A stretch of DNA of 64,000 nt, from assembly GCF_006345805.1 (NCBI RefSeq), contig NC_043013.1, positions 21,018,001 to 21,082,000 of the forward strand. Reading direction: 5' to 3'. This DNA comes from Octopus sinensis. Taxonomy: Eukaryota. The notes under the pieces were generated by a model, which searched no databases, was not told where the DNA came from, and saw nothing but the letters and a program-made list of their open reading frames with translations. This document shows positions 1 through 12,928 of this stretch, piece by piece; position 1 is the first letter of the stretch, and each line of letters begins with the position of its first letter. Both the position numbers and the translations under genes were made by a program.

Positions 1-416
1 TGTCAGTTGTTTGACTTTAACCAGTTGAGCATGTCCCTTAGTGGCTGACGATATGTGCATCTCTGATCACGAGCAGAAGTAGTGGGGGAGCATCATAGCC
101 ATGTGTTGAGAGGGATTCTTTGGGGTTTGAATAATTCACCTCTGGAAACATGGTGGTTCTTTCAACATCCTTAACAACCCTTACTCAGGGACCTTTTGAG
201 TGGGATGGGCTACTCAACCTGAAGAAAATTCTAATTGGGCCCCACCTGCAAGGTCATGTGCTGTTTATCTTGATATGAGATCACCATGTCGCGCACATAT
301 GGTTGTGATGCATGTGCCTGGTGTACCTTTATCAGACGGGTAGTCATGATGGGTATATTGGGCTTCGTATATTTTACCCCAGTGTCACTTTGATGGCATG
401 AACTGCTCTCTCACTC
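1..416 (+). mobile_element. TAA-anchored ~554-bp non-coding interspersed element, 3' part (cut by window edge)
   Basis: Reverse complement of the copies at 2136-2529 and 6527-7080; ends ...ACTGCTCTCTCACTC followed directly by (AAT)n. Confidence 0.85.
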
Positions 417-1134
417 AATAATAATAATAATAATGATAATGGAGAAGAGCATTGTCGCTGTTCATTTTTCTATCCTTTTCCCCCTTTATTTTCTTTGCTA
501 TTTTCATTTTCTCATTTTTTCCCTTCTTTCCTCTGTCTTTCTTCTCCTTCTTTTTCCATCACATGACTTTTTAAATGAGCAATCTTGCGTGTTTTTTTTA
601 ATAGCCTACCAATGTATACAGTGAGTTTGTTTGCCCTAGGTGTTGGGATGACACTCGGTAACAAATGGAAACAGAATTAAAAGAAGATAATAACAAACAA
701 GGATGACGATAATGATGATGACTGTAGTGGTTGTGGTGGTGGTGGTGGTAGTGGTGGTAATAATAATAAAATCCCAGCATTTCAAAAAGAGACCTACAGA
801 AATATTCCAACATGGATATTTATCTTCCTAGGGGCCATATTTGTTCTTATTAAAGCATGGAACGTTTCAACAGCAAATGGGAATACAAACAAACAAGACC
901 ATCTGTTTGTACACTTTATAACGAGCAAACTAATACGCAAATACACGCATATGCTCGCACAGATATATGTATGCGTGGGTGTGCTATATATACGCAGTCA
1001 CACTCAAGCAAATTCGCACGTCTACACAATATTGTGTACCGCATAACTCGGTAGGTCTGACCAGTTTCTAGTTTTATAAGATGTTCGTCATTTTGTATCT
1101 GCACTCCCACACAAACACACAACCGTATCTGTGA

Positions 1135-1415
<281 letters not shown>

Positions 1416-2070
1416 CTGATAGAGAGAGGGGGGGAAGAGAGAGAGAGATGTTAAAAGGATATATAAGTATAGTCATTTCGGTGAGTTTTTCCTATGTGCA
1501 TAAGGCTGTGTTGTTTAAAGATATTGTCCATGTTTATAATATGTTCAACATACTACAATGCAGTTATTCACCGCCATAACCCAGACTACCACGCACTCCA
1601 CTACCAACACTAAACAGACACCGCAGCTCCAAAAATAATTCAATTAGTTTCTTTAATATTATAGATAGTCGCGCAGCAAGCATTAATAGTTAGTCAGGTG
1701 TCCAAATTATCACACATACACACACACACTATTACAACTATTTCTTTTGATTTAGCAAGTTCAACTAGTGATCGCCAGAGGCCTTTCTACCTTCTTTTAG
1801 CATCAACGTTTACAGTTTATATGTCTCATTAAGCAATTTCGTTGCAGTGTTTTTTATAGCTTGAGTTAATTACAAATTGGTAGGAAATAAGAACAAAAAA
1901 TAAACAGGTGTTTTCTGGTGGTGAAAGGTGGAATCTGTAAATTTAATTGAGGTCCGTCGCAGACGCTTGATGCCAAGTTGTTTTTTGACTGTTATTGTAT
2001 TCACTTGTTTCAAACTTATATTCGTCTCACTATGAAACGAGACGTTTCTTACATATTATTTGCATTGTTG

Positions 2071-2135
<65 letters not shown>

Positions 2136-2529
2136 GAGTGAGAGAGCAGTTCATGCCATCAAAGTGACACTGGGGTAAAATATATGAAGCCCAATATACC
2201 CATCATGACTACCCGTCTGATAAGGGTACACCAGGCACATGCATCACAACCATATGTGCGCGACATGGTGATCTCATATCAAGATAAACAGCACATGACC
2301 TTGCAGGTGGGGCCCAGCTAGAATTTTCTTCAGGTTGAGTAGCCCATCTCGCTCAAAAGGTCCCTGAATAAGGGTTGTTTCAGGATGTTGAAAGAACCAC
2401 CCATGTTTCCAGAGGTGAATTATTCAAACCCCAAAGAATCCCTCTCAACACATGGCTATGATGTACATGATAACACTTCCAATCAGTTAAGATCAGAAGC
2501 CATGAGAGTCACTGCCTGGTACTGCATCA
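2136..2529 (-). mobile_element. TAA-anchored element, internally deleted copy
   Basis: Matches 6527-7080 except for a 156-bp internal deletion; (TTA)n on both sides. Confidence 0.85.
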
Positions 2530-2688
2530 ATTATTATTATTATTATTATTATTATTATCATCATCATCATCATCATTATTATTATTATTATTATTATTAT
2601 ATTATTATTATTATTATTATTATTATGATTATTATTATTATTATTATTATTATTATGATTATTATTATTTTTATTATTATTATTATTA

Positions 2689-2897
2689 GGTGAGCTGGAA
2701 GAATCGTTAGCATGCCAGAAAAATGTTAAGCGGCACTTCGACTGTCTTTGCTTTCTGAGTGTAAATTCCGCCGATGTCGACTTTGCCTTTCATAACTTTC
2801 AGGGTCGTTCTAATGAGTACCTGTTACGCACTGGGGTCGATGTAATCGATTTATACCATCTTCCAAAGTTCAAGCATTGTGCCTATTGTAGAAAGGA

Positions 2898-2899
<2 letters not shown>
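2689..2899 (+). mobile_element. SINE family 2 (octopus OK-like), diverged copy
   Basis: GGTGAGCTGGAAGAATCGTTAGC...AAATTCCGCCGATGTCGACTTTGCCTTTCAT core shared with many copies in the window; (ATT)n flanks. Confidence 0.8.
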
Positions 2900-2931
<32 letters not shown>

Positions 2932-3217
2932 CATTATTATTATTAATATTATTATTATTATTATTATTATTATTTTTATTACACTGTCTTTATGATTCTA
3001 ACTACTATTTCATTCTTTTATATACTGTGAATTCTCTGTCTAAAACTTTCCTGAATACACACCTTGTCTCCGAAGACGGAATATGGATATGTTGACACAT
3101 CACCTGGGATATCCCAGGTGATGTAAGATATTAATTACCTCTACTTCTCCATTTTTGATTCACCTCATTCGAATTAAATATTCTAAATGACTTTTATGTA
3201 TATACACACACATACAT

Positions 3218-3259
<42 letters not shown>

Positions 3260-3261
<2 letters not shown>

Positions 3262-3672
3262 TTTTACTCTTTTACTCTTTTACTTGTTTCAGTCATTTGA
3301 CTGCGGCCATGCTGGAGCACCGCCTTTAATCGAGCAATTCGACCCTGGAACTTATTCTTTTGTAAGCCCAGTACTTATTCTATCGGTCTCTTTTGCCGAA
3401 CCGCTAAGTAACGGGGACATAAACACACCAGCATCGGTTGTCAAGCAATGCTAGGGGGACAAACACAGACACACAAACATACACACTTATATATATATAT
3501 ACATATATACGACAGGCTTCTTTCAGTTTCCGTCTACCAAATCCACTCACAAGGCTTTGGTCGGCCCGAGGCTATAGTAGAAGACACTTGCCCAAGGTGC
3601 CACGCAGTGGGACTGAACCCGGAACCATGTGGTTGGTAAACAAGCTACTTACCACACAGCCACTCCTGCGCC
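3260..3672 (-). mobile_element. SINE family 1 (tRNA-derived head, CORE-like CCTTGGGCAAG segment, (GAGTAAAA)n tail; OR-like), full length
   Basis: Minus strand starts GGCGCAGGAGTGGCTGTGTGG (A-box-like), has GGTTCAGTCCC (B-box-like) and a tandem tail; (TA)n flanks; many paralogs in the window. Confidence 0.9.
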
Positions 3673-3682
3673 ATATATATAT

Positions 3683-3768
<86 letters not shown>

Positions 3769-3828
3769 TGATAACAGTGTCTCTCTGGCAAGAAACTAGT
3801 AGTAGCTCATATTTTTTATATGTATCGT

Positions 3829-3894
<66 letters not shown>

Positions 3895-4349
3895 CATATA
3901 TATATATGTGTGTATGCATGTATGTATGTGTGTATGTTTGCGTGTGTGTATCTATGTGTTGCTATTTATAATGTATAAATTATATAAATAGTAATATACT
4001 ACAATTGTCTCGGTGGACAGAGAATATGCCTTTATCTGGTGTTGGAATACAGCAACAAAAAACAAATAATGGTTGATTCTAATTTTCATTGCTCACAGAA
4101 GATAAAATCTGTCCTGTAGACATTTTTGATAATAGCATGTTATAAAATGTCTTCTGTATAAATGTGTGTGTGAGAGGGAGAGAGAGAGAGAGAAAGAGGG
4201 AGGCTGGATGACGCCAGCTACATTATTGAGAGGTCATTATAGCCGTCTAAAAGCTCAGACAAATGTTAAACTCAATTTAAATTTGAAGTTAATTTAACAA
4301 TATTGTGAGTTATATATGTATATATGTACGTATATTTACGCCTTTAGAT

Positions 4350-4396
<47 letters not shown>

Positions 4397-4594
4397 ACAT
4401 ATGTATATATGTGTACGTGTGTGCGTGAGTGTGTGTGCATGCGTGTATGTGTGTATGTATATAACTGTCTACATGTGCATATGCGTTTATATGTATATGT
4501 GTGCATATATATGCGTATATTTACATAGATAATGTATTTGTAAAATCTGTATACACATATAGTGTTAGTGCTTGTGAAAATCTCGCGCATATAT

Positions 4595-4664
<70 letters not shown>

Positions 4665-5062
4665 ATATATATATACATACTTATATCGATGTACTTTTAT
4701 ATCGATATAAGTATGCAGTTATTCACATGTTCACATGCATGCATTTCTGCTGGTATAAATGTTATTGCTTCTACTGAACTTGCATCTATATTCCAGTTCT
4801 TTTAATGTGCGTAGCTGTAATCTGATTAAGCATGGTCATTTTGATCTTGTGAATCCCAGCTTCTTACGAGTAACTGTGAAGCAATGAGTACCGTATGCAG
4901 TAATCGCAGAGATAACTCTTCAGTTAAACTCGGCGTCAGTAACTCGAGCAATAACAGATCTTTCTTTAAGAGATATTCCATAAATCTTGTACATCATGTT
5001 AGACTGCTGGGCAACTAATTTCAGCTAACGTACATAATGTCATAGTTAAATTTCTAATTATT

Positions 5063-5099
5063 ATTATTAATATTATTATCATTATTATTATTATTATTA

Positions 5100-5178
<79 letters not shown>
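5063..5178. repeat. (TTA)n microsatellite at the 3' junction of the Dong-like LINE
   Basis: Direct inspection. Confidence 0.97.
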
Positions 5179-5181
<3 letters not shown>

Positions 5182-6423
5182 TAGTTTTATTTTTATAGCG
5201 TGCTTTCACTTCACTACCGAGCGCAGCTCTGTGTGCCTTGGGTATGTGCTGTGATTTGTTGTGATGCTCTGATGGTTATTGTATGGAAAGTGTTCTGCGT
5301 AGGATGTGTGCAGTGCCTAGTAGTGGTTTTTTTTTCTGTATGTTATGTGTTTGTAAGTCCTGGTGTTTTTGTTATGTATTTGTCTGAATATTTTTTTATC
5401 ATGCCTAATGCACCTACTATGATAGGAATTGTTTCTGTTTTCAGATTCCACATTCTAGTTACCTCTATTTCCAGGTCTTTGTATTTTGAGAGTTTTTCTC
5501 CATTTCATTTAGAGACACGTTGTCATCTGCCGGTATTGATACATCAATTAGAAAGCATTTTTTTCTTCATGATCTCTGACAACTATATCTGGTCTGTTGG
5601 CCTTAATTTCTCTATCTGTGTGTATCGGCATATCCCAGAGTATGGTTGCTTTCTCGTTTTCTGACCTTTTCTGTGTGTGCCTATACAATCTTTTTTCTGT
5701 GTTATCCATAATGTTGGCATAGCTTCCAATGTATGTAGGTTCCAACTCTGTCATGTCTGTGAATATATTCCTTCTTAGCAAGACTGGGCAGCTAGAGATA
5801 ATATGATTTATTGTTTCTTGTCCATCTCCACATATTCTGCAGTTACTTGTAATATTTCTTTTCATTACATGTTTTGGTAATTTCTGGTGGGGAGGCTTTG
5901 GTCTTGTGCTGCAATTAAAAATCCCTCTGTTTCTGCTTTAAGTCCTGAGCTTCTCAACCATTGCTGGGATTTTTCTTTGTCTATTTCTTTTGCGTTTAGT
6001 TTAGTGCAGTATTTACCATGAAGGGGCTTTTCTTGCCATCGTTTTATCATGGTTCGTTGCTGTTCTTTTTAGTTTGGATTTCATTTGTTTTATAGCTTTT
6101 GTTGTTTCTCATCATCTTCTTCTTCTTCTTCGTGTTTATTAGGTGGTATGATTTCTTGTTTGTATTTGTCAGCTTCCTTAAATACTGAAAACAGTTTTTT
6201 GTTTTGCTCGTGTTTTGCCGCTATCTGGATCAGTTTTCCTTCCTTCTGAAGTAGGTATTTTTGCAGTCCTATGGTGGTTATTTTATAGTAGTTTTCCAGC
6301 TGTATAAGGCCTCTACCACCTTCTATACGTTGTATATATAGTCTTTCTATGTCAGATTTTGGGTGATGCATCCTAGTATTTTTCTTGTTTTCCTATCTAT
6401 TTTGGACAGTTCATTTCGTGTCC
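5179..6423 (-). mobile_element. R4/Dong-like non-LTR retrotransposon, 5'-truncated and frameshifted (RT C-terminus, zinc knuckle, restriction-like endonuclease)
   Basis: Minus-strand fragments HHPKSDIERLYIQRIEGGRGLIQLE, WLRSSGLKAETEGFLIAAQDQSL, CRICGDGQETINHIISSCPVL, ILWDMPIHTDREIKANRPDIVV and KYKDLEIEVTRMWNLKTETIPIIVGALG; stop at 5276-5278; (TAA)n at both ends. Confidence 0.9.
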
Positions 6424-6424
6424 A

Positions 6425-6487
<63 letters not shown>

Positions 6488-6524
6488 TATTATTATTATT
6501 ATTATTATTATATTATTATTATTA
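6424..6524. repeat. (TTA)n microsatellite between the Dong fragment and the TAA-anchored element
   Basis: Direct inspection. Confidence 0.97.
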
Positions 6525-6526
6525 GT

Positions 6527-7079
6527 GAGTGAGAGAGCAGTTCATGCCATCAAAGTGACACTGGCGTAAAATATACGAAGCCCAATATACCCATCATGAC
6601 TACCCGTCTGATAAAGGTACACCAGGCACATGCATCACAACCATATGTGCGCGACATGGTGATCTCATATCAAGATAAACAGCACATGACCTTGCAGGTG
6701 GGGCCCAGTTAGAATTTTCTTCAGGTTGAGTAGCCCATCCCGCTCAAACGGTCCCTGAATAAGGGTGTTTAAGGATGTTGAAAGAACCACCATGTTTCCA
6801 GAGGTGAACTATTCAAACCCCAAAGAATCCCTCTCAACACATGGCTATGATGCTCCCCCACTACTTCTGCTCGTGATCAGAGATGCACATATCGTCAGCC
6901 ACTAAGGGACATGCTCAACTGGTTATGGTCAAACAACTGACAAGCAAATCTGTGGTATTGAGCAGAATATTTGCTGTAGCCCATCTTTTATACCAAGACA
7001 AAACAATGTACATGATAACACTTCCAATCAGTTAAGATCAGAAGCCATGAGAGCCACTGCCTGGTACTGCATCAGGGCA

Positions 7080-7080
<1 letters not shown>
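6527..7080 (-). mobile_element. TAA-anchored ~554-bp non-coding element, apparently full length
   Basis: Three further copies or fragments in the window; no tRNA head, TIR or ORF seen; (TTA)n on both sides. Confidence 0.85.
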
Positions 7081-7127
<47 letters not shown>

Positions 7128-7519
7128 CATCATCATATTTATTAGGGAATAAAAATTCCGGCATCACGGGGGTTCAAATTATTCTCAATGAGGAAATATA
7201 TTTGTTATTAAAAGAATTTTAATTTAATACTTAATACTCATTTCTCAGCCACACGTGTTTCTTGAGGTTCTTTTACGGTTCCTTAAGTATGCAGTGTTTT
7301 ACAGGAACCTTTCTTAAAATGTAGCGCGAATCATGAAGCCTCTAAATACCTTTATCATAATTAAAATATAGTATTTGGTATCGAACTAAGATAAAGTTAT
7401 ACATCTATTACAGTTTTTATTTTATTTTACATAATGCAATTATGTATCTATTATACAGAAGCAATAACAATGTGCATTTAGTTTGCAGGAATTCTTTCCA
7501 GAGTTTTAGTGAAACATAA

Positions 7520-7760
7520 ACCTTCTCAAATCTCAAGAATCTTTCATAGAATTCTTGCAGAATACAGTGGCATGTTTGTGTAGTCTTGTCTTAATTCTAG
7601 TACCCCACTTCTTCTTGGGTAGCAGTCTGAGTGTTGTGCCAAGTGCACCGGAGCAATTGTCACCTTTATGTTCCACAATATATTCTTGTCTCTGGCTAGA
7701 TTCTCAATTTTCTGTTTCTTTGGTGTCTCTTCTACTGATATATGCTGCTGTAAACTTATA
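7520..7760 (-). mobile_element. Degenerate RLE-type (R4/Dong-like) LINE 3' fragment
   Basis: Across frameshifts reads ILWNIKVTIAPV..GALGT..LYSARIL*KILEI*, like RLE LINE C-termini. Confidence 0.55.
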
Positions 7761-8009
7761 TCTGACCCTGCTTTTGTTCCCACGCAGTGTGAATGGAGAA
7801 ATTTCATAAAATTTTGTTGCAGCCATTCATCATTACAGCCCCTGACAGGTGCTCATAAAACGTTTCCGTCACTTGGAATCAGCAAATTTGACTAACATCT
7901 CAATGCAATCTTATCACTAATAAAGTCATGTCAGCGCCTATACTTTCTTTTTTTGTTGTTGTTGTGGCTCACTACACTTGGTTTGAAGATGGTTATTATT
8001 TTCGTTATC

Positions 8010-9060
8010 ATTATTGTTTAACACGACAACTTCGCTAGGAAACGTAACAATGTCTCTGTCGCCCTCTGCTTGTCAGTGAAGGTACCTCTTCATTCAGATT
8101 TCAAAAACACTGCATTGCTCTATCTTCATTTTTACAATTATCTCTTCGATCCAATTTGGGAACCTGATACTTAGAGTTTCTAAGGGTACAACAGCTACAA
8201 CATTCATCTTCTTCAATCATTTCACTCTTTTTAACTCCCACTTCAAATCACCATATTTGTTTTGCTTCTCTTTTCTTTCCGATAATCTTTTATCACCAGG
8301 CGCTTTACATTGGTTTGAATGATCTCAGTCGATTTTTATGTTCCACAGTAGAGTTACCTTGTCATTCTCGATCACGCATATATTATTGCAAGATATGAAT
8401 ATATGATTTAATATGCAAATTAGTAATGTGTGGAATAATTAATAATTCTTATCCTCTTGTAGAAAACATCGTCGTTATCATTATTATTATTATTACAAAT
8501 ACTTGCCAATTGATATTATTACAACTATAGCTAAATATTCTTACTCATTTTGGCTTAATCCGATCCATACTTGTCACAAATCTGCCAATAAATCATTCTT
8601 GTGACATTATCGTAACTTCTTTTGTATCCTTTTTTAACCAGCTTCGTACATTCATTCATCCTATGCCGTACAGAATCACACTTATCACCGCACAATCTTC
8701 ACTGGTCACTTTCTCCTGTATCGTCAATCGCACATATGCCGCAATTTATCTTAGCCCAGATAAGCACGTCTGTCCCTGGCTTGAAGCCACTTTTCTTTAG
8801 CAAATGTCACAGTCCACTAGTACCTGCGTTACTGCTCAATGCACACGGAAACCACCCGTACATATTTTTACCATTCCATTACCTTTCACTCCATATTCTT
8901 TTTTTGTTCTTGATACTCCTCTCTTTCCACGTATGTATCTATCCAGATATTCTCCCTACGTTCACAAAGAGTTCTATAGCATTCTTGATCAACAACCTCC
9001 AGCAATTTTCTTCTGAGGATATATGACTCTCAACTCTGATTAACCCTCACCCACGTTTGT
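8010..9060 (-). mobile_element. Old degenerate R4/Dong-like LINE remnant
   Basis: Minus strand gives LKKSGFKPGTDVLIWA, RLCGDKCDSVRHRMNECTKL, YDNVTRMIYWQICDKYG, VIENDKVTLLWN and KYGDLKWELKRV with many stops; degenerate AAT-rich flanks. Confidence 0.65.
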
Positions 9061-9264
9061 GTCTACTAATACAACCTTTCAACATCGTTCTTAAAGTAGC
9101 ATGTTCCGTACCCCATTACTAATGTTGCTTTTAATGTTGTTGATGTTCTTATCATTATTATTGTTATTTTTATCATCTCGTATTCCGTCTCATTATGAAG
9201 TCAAAACGTAATCGAGAGAAACGTTTCGACTGCAATACTGACATTAGTGAAGACAAACAACAAT

Positions 9265-9300
9265 ATATATATACATACATATATATACACATATATAGGC

Positions 9301-9359
<59 letters not shown>

Positions 9360-9438
9360 ATATATAATATATATATATATATACATACATAGACGTATGA
9401 ATATATACATACATATATATACACATATATAGGCACAA

Positions 9439-9475
<37 letters not shown>

Positions 9476-9480
9476 GATAC

Positions 9481-9528
<48 letters not shown>

Positions 9529-9553
9529 TAAGTATGTATATATTCTTATATAT

Positions 9554-9595
<42 letters not shown>

Positions 9596-9612
9596 ATATA
9601 GATATATATATA

Positions 9613-9655
<43 letters not shown>

Positions 9656-9665
9656 TGTATATATA
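9265..9665. repeat. (TA)n-rich low-complexity tract with an internal duplication
   Basis: ATATATACACATATATAGGCACAAATATATA occurs twice. Confidence 0.9.
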
Positions 9666-10319
9666 TGTATGTTTTCTTACATACCTACATGCATACATAC
9701 ATCTTATGAATGCACATATATACACATGAGTCTATGTATGTCTGTGTGCTTCTATAGGAACATGTGTTTGATAAATACAGTCACGTATTATATAAATATT
9801 TGATATATTTTGAGAGACTGGACCGTTGAGGGACAAAACTATAGAAATAATTCAGAATTCTGTCATTTCTGTTTTCAACGATAGAATCTGGCTCTTCAAT
9901 AAAGCTCAACTTTTTTTTTTCTCTTAGTAACTTTCAGAGGAAATAAAAATTACAGCAACATGTTAAAACGGCTGACCCTCCCTGGCATCTTTTTCTTTCT
10001 CTAACTTACTCTGTCTTTCGCCTCACCATTAGCTTTTATCTCTCTAGTTTAACTAGTCGAAAATGTATTTAACAATGACCCACACAACATAATCTCATAT
10101 CAGAGATCTTGCCTTCGTACCTAATTCTTTAGTAGTGTTAACGTTAATGTAAACTAGAATAACATAAAAAGATATCACGCTTTTATCTCGTATACGAAAC
10201 ACCGTACAAAAACATTAGCCTTTCATACGATTTCTATATTTCTCCCTAATGTATATCATTTTTACGGTTTCTAAAGATGTATTTATAACATGAGAACAAA
10301 GAGATTTTCAGAGGAATAA

Positions 10320-10337
10320 GTAGATAGATAGATAGAC

Positions 10338-10417
<80 letters not shown>

Positions 10418-10425
10418 GATGGATG

Positions 10426-10500
<75 letters not shown>
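10320..10500 (+). repeat. (GATA)n microsatellite
   Basis: Direct inspection. Confidence 0.97.
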
Positions 10501-10730
10501 GCTAAGTGTTGCTCATATGTGGGTCGTTCGGTACTATTTTTCTCTATCCAGTACTTTCTTCGTGTGCGCTATTTGAGAATATACCCTTGAAATTATAATA
10601 TACTTATAATATACACATAAACATATACCGTCAGACATAGTCATATACATATACATATATATATACAACCTATCAATATCGTTCTTAAAGTATCATGCTC
10701 CGTACCCCATTACTAATGTTGTTGTTATAT

Positions 10731-11085
10731 ATTTGTTTCGACGAGGAGGTTTTTCCCTCTATCTCAAAGGCTGTCATTACTTTCGGGACAGTACTTATTT
10801 ATATACCAAAAACATTTCGGCTGTTTTTCTTACGCTAACGCCTGCCATACGAGCACCAACAATTGGACCTCCATGAAAGTCCGACAGATCTGTCATTTTA
10901 ATTAAATTTAACTACCTTTTTTCTTTTGATATCTGAAAAGAAACAGCAATTTTAGCAATACATATTAAGCAACACTAATAATAAATAAATAAAAACACCA
11001 AAATAAACAAGTTATTGCCGGTTTTATAGATATTTCAAAATTATGTTATGATGCTAGTTGTTTCCATAATCTTGTCCAATCCCTG
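10731..11085 (-). mobile_element. Tc1-like DNA transposon 5' fragment (TIR plus transposase N-terminus)
   Basis: Minus strand DLSDFHGGPIVGARMAGVSVRKTAEMF..STVPKVMTAFEIEGKTSSSKQ; terminus TA|CAGGGATTGGACAAGATTATGGAAACA is Tc1-type. Confidence 0.75.
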
Positions 11086-12180
11086 TATTTATATAACATA
11101 TCTCATACTTTTTCAATTATTAGACAGTGGTCATGCTAATATATACTCTCATGCGTGGATCTATTCATATAAATGTGCCTGTACTTACACGTACGTGCAC
11201 ATATATATACACAGGCATATGCATATAAACAGAGATGTGTGTGTGAGCGCACATACATGCAAACCGATGCATATGTGCACAAGCCTCGATGTTTAAAAAA
11301 TATGTTCATTATCGTTATATCAGTATAAATTTATAAGTAGGATAATCCAACTTGTATATATATGACAATGTATATATATGATCACACACCACCCAGAAAC
11401 CCACACGCCTACACTTATACCCGAAGGAATGCACACATTACATGTATATACCATTAATGGTACAAACTTTTGAATGATGTCTTGTATATGTTAATTCTGT
11501 AGCCACATTTAGTTTCATGGACGAAACAGCACGTAAATATATACGCAAAGGCTACGCATTTACCCGTGGATACATGAGTATAGATAAATATGTAAAAATG
11601 AACTAATATACAAAACACAAAAAGTATAAAATGCATATGTGAAAATAAAAATGCAAGTTATAGAACGGTGTAATGTAATATTACATGTATACAAAAACAA
11701 AATAATCAAATAGAAACCATAAAGCCTTAAAAATATATATATATATTACTTAATCCAAAATCCAAAGTGTAAGCGTGTGAGAGAATTGTAGAAAAATAAA
11801 ACGAAAGTATAACCGAAGAGAAATACAACAGAGCAGTTTGGAATATGTAGATGTTCATCAAGTGACTTGACTGTTTGTTTAGAAGAGACCGATTCCTGTA
11901 ACTGACATTCCTTGGGTGATTGATCATTATAAACAAGTGCAGAGAAAATGCCTGAAACATATGCAAATAAGGGACGTGTGTAGAATGGATGCAATGTACG
12001 AAGACCAAATTGTTTATTATTTGCTTAAGAATTAGGTTTAGGTTGACAATTGCTGAAAAGTCTAAATTCTAAATTATGCAACAATTCTTAGCAAGAGCTT
12101 GTTATAATAATGGCAACTGAATGAAGAATAATTAGGTAGTGTAGTAATAATATCAATTACTTGTAATTATAGTAATGATT

Positions 12181-12375
12181 TCAGAGTTTGGCACAAGGCC
12201 AGCATGTCCGTTGACAGAGTGGTACGTCGATTGCTTTCAACTGATACTTGTTTTATCGACTTCGAAAAAATGTAAGGAAAAATCGATCTGGGCGGAATTT
12301 GAACTCAGAGCGTAAAGACAAAGGAAATGCCGCTAAGCATTTTGTCCAGCGTGCTAATGATTCTGCCAACTCCCT
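12181..12375 (-). mobile_element. SINE family 2 (OK-like), diverged
   Basis: Contains GGCGGAATTTGAACTCAGAGCG and TTCTGCCAACTC, the reverse of the family head. Confidence 0.75.
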
Positions 12376-12713
12376 ACGTTACTTGTAATAATAATCCTTT
12401 CTATAACATCACTACTGTCAGCATAACACACCAAACCTATACACCTCAAACAGGCTGCGTCTTCACCTTGCTGTCCATATATGCTCAATCTCAAAGGAAC
12501 TTTAGCTTCATTTACTTCGTTTGTTATATTATATCAAGAAAACCATGTCACACACATTAGTACTAATTTCAAGGTTTTTTATGAACTCAGTATTTATGTT
12601 ATAGTGAGTTAATAATAGATGTATTTATATACATAGTTATAAAATTAATAATGTATGGAAGTATGAATACTTTTTATTCTCTTGTGGCAAGTACTGTCCT
12701 TATTATTACAACT

Positions 12714-12928
12714 GAGGCGGGGAGCTGGCAGAATCGCTAGTATGCCGGGTAAAATGCTTAGTGACATGTCGTCCCACTTTATGTTCTGAGTTCAAATTCC
12801 GCCGAGGTCGACTTTGCCTTTCATCACTTCGAAGTCGATAAAATAAGTACCAGTTACACACTGGTGTCGATATAATTGACTACCCAACTCCCACAAATTT
12901 CAGGTCTTGTACCTCCAGTAGAAAGGAT
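12714..12928 (+). mobile_element. SINE family 2 (OK-like)
   Basis: GAGGCGGGGAGCTGGCAGAATCG...TTCTGAGTTCAAATTCCGCCGAGGTCGACTTTGCC; ATT-repeat tail. Confidence 0.85.

Noticed and set aside
11800-11965. Isolated exon-like segments (minus 11800-11965, 23939-24045, 28195-28295; plus 16729-16865, 20461-20530, 36348-36410, 38259-38341, 43738-43765)
   Set aside because: Each has plausible splice sites and an open frame, but none shows recognisable homology, and such candidates are expected by chance in 64 kb.
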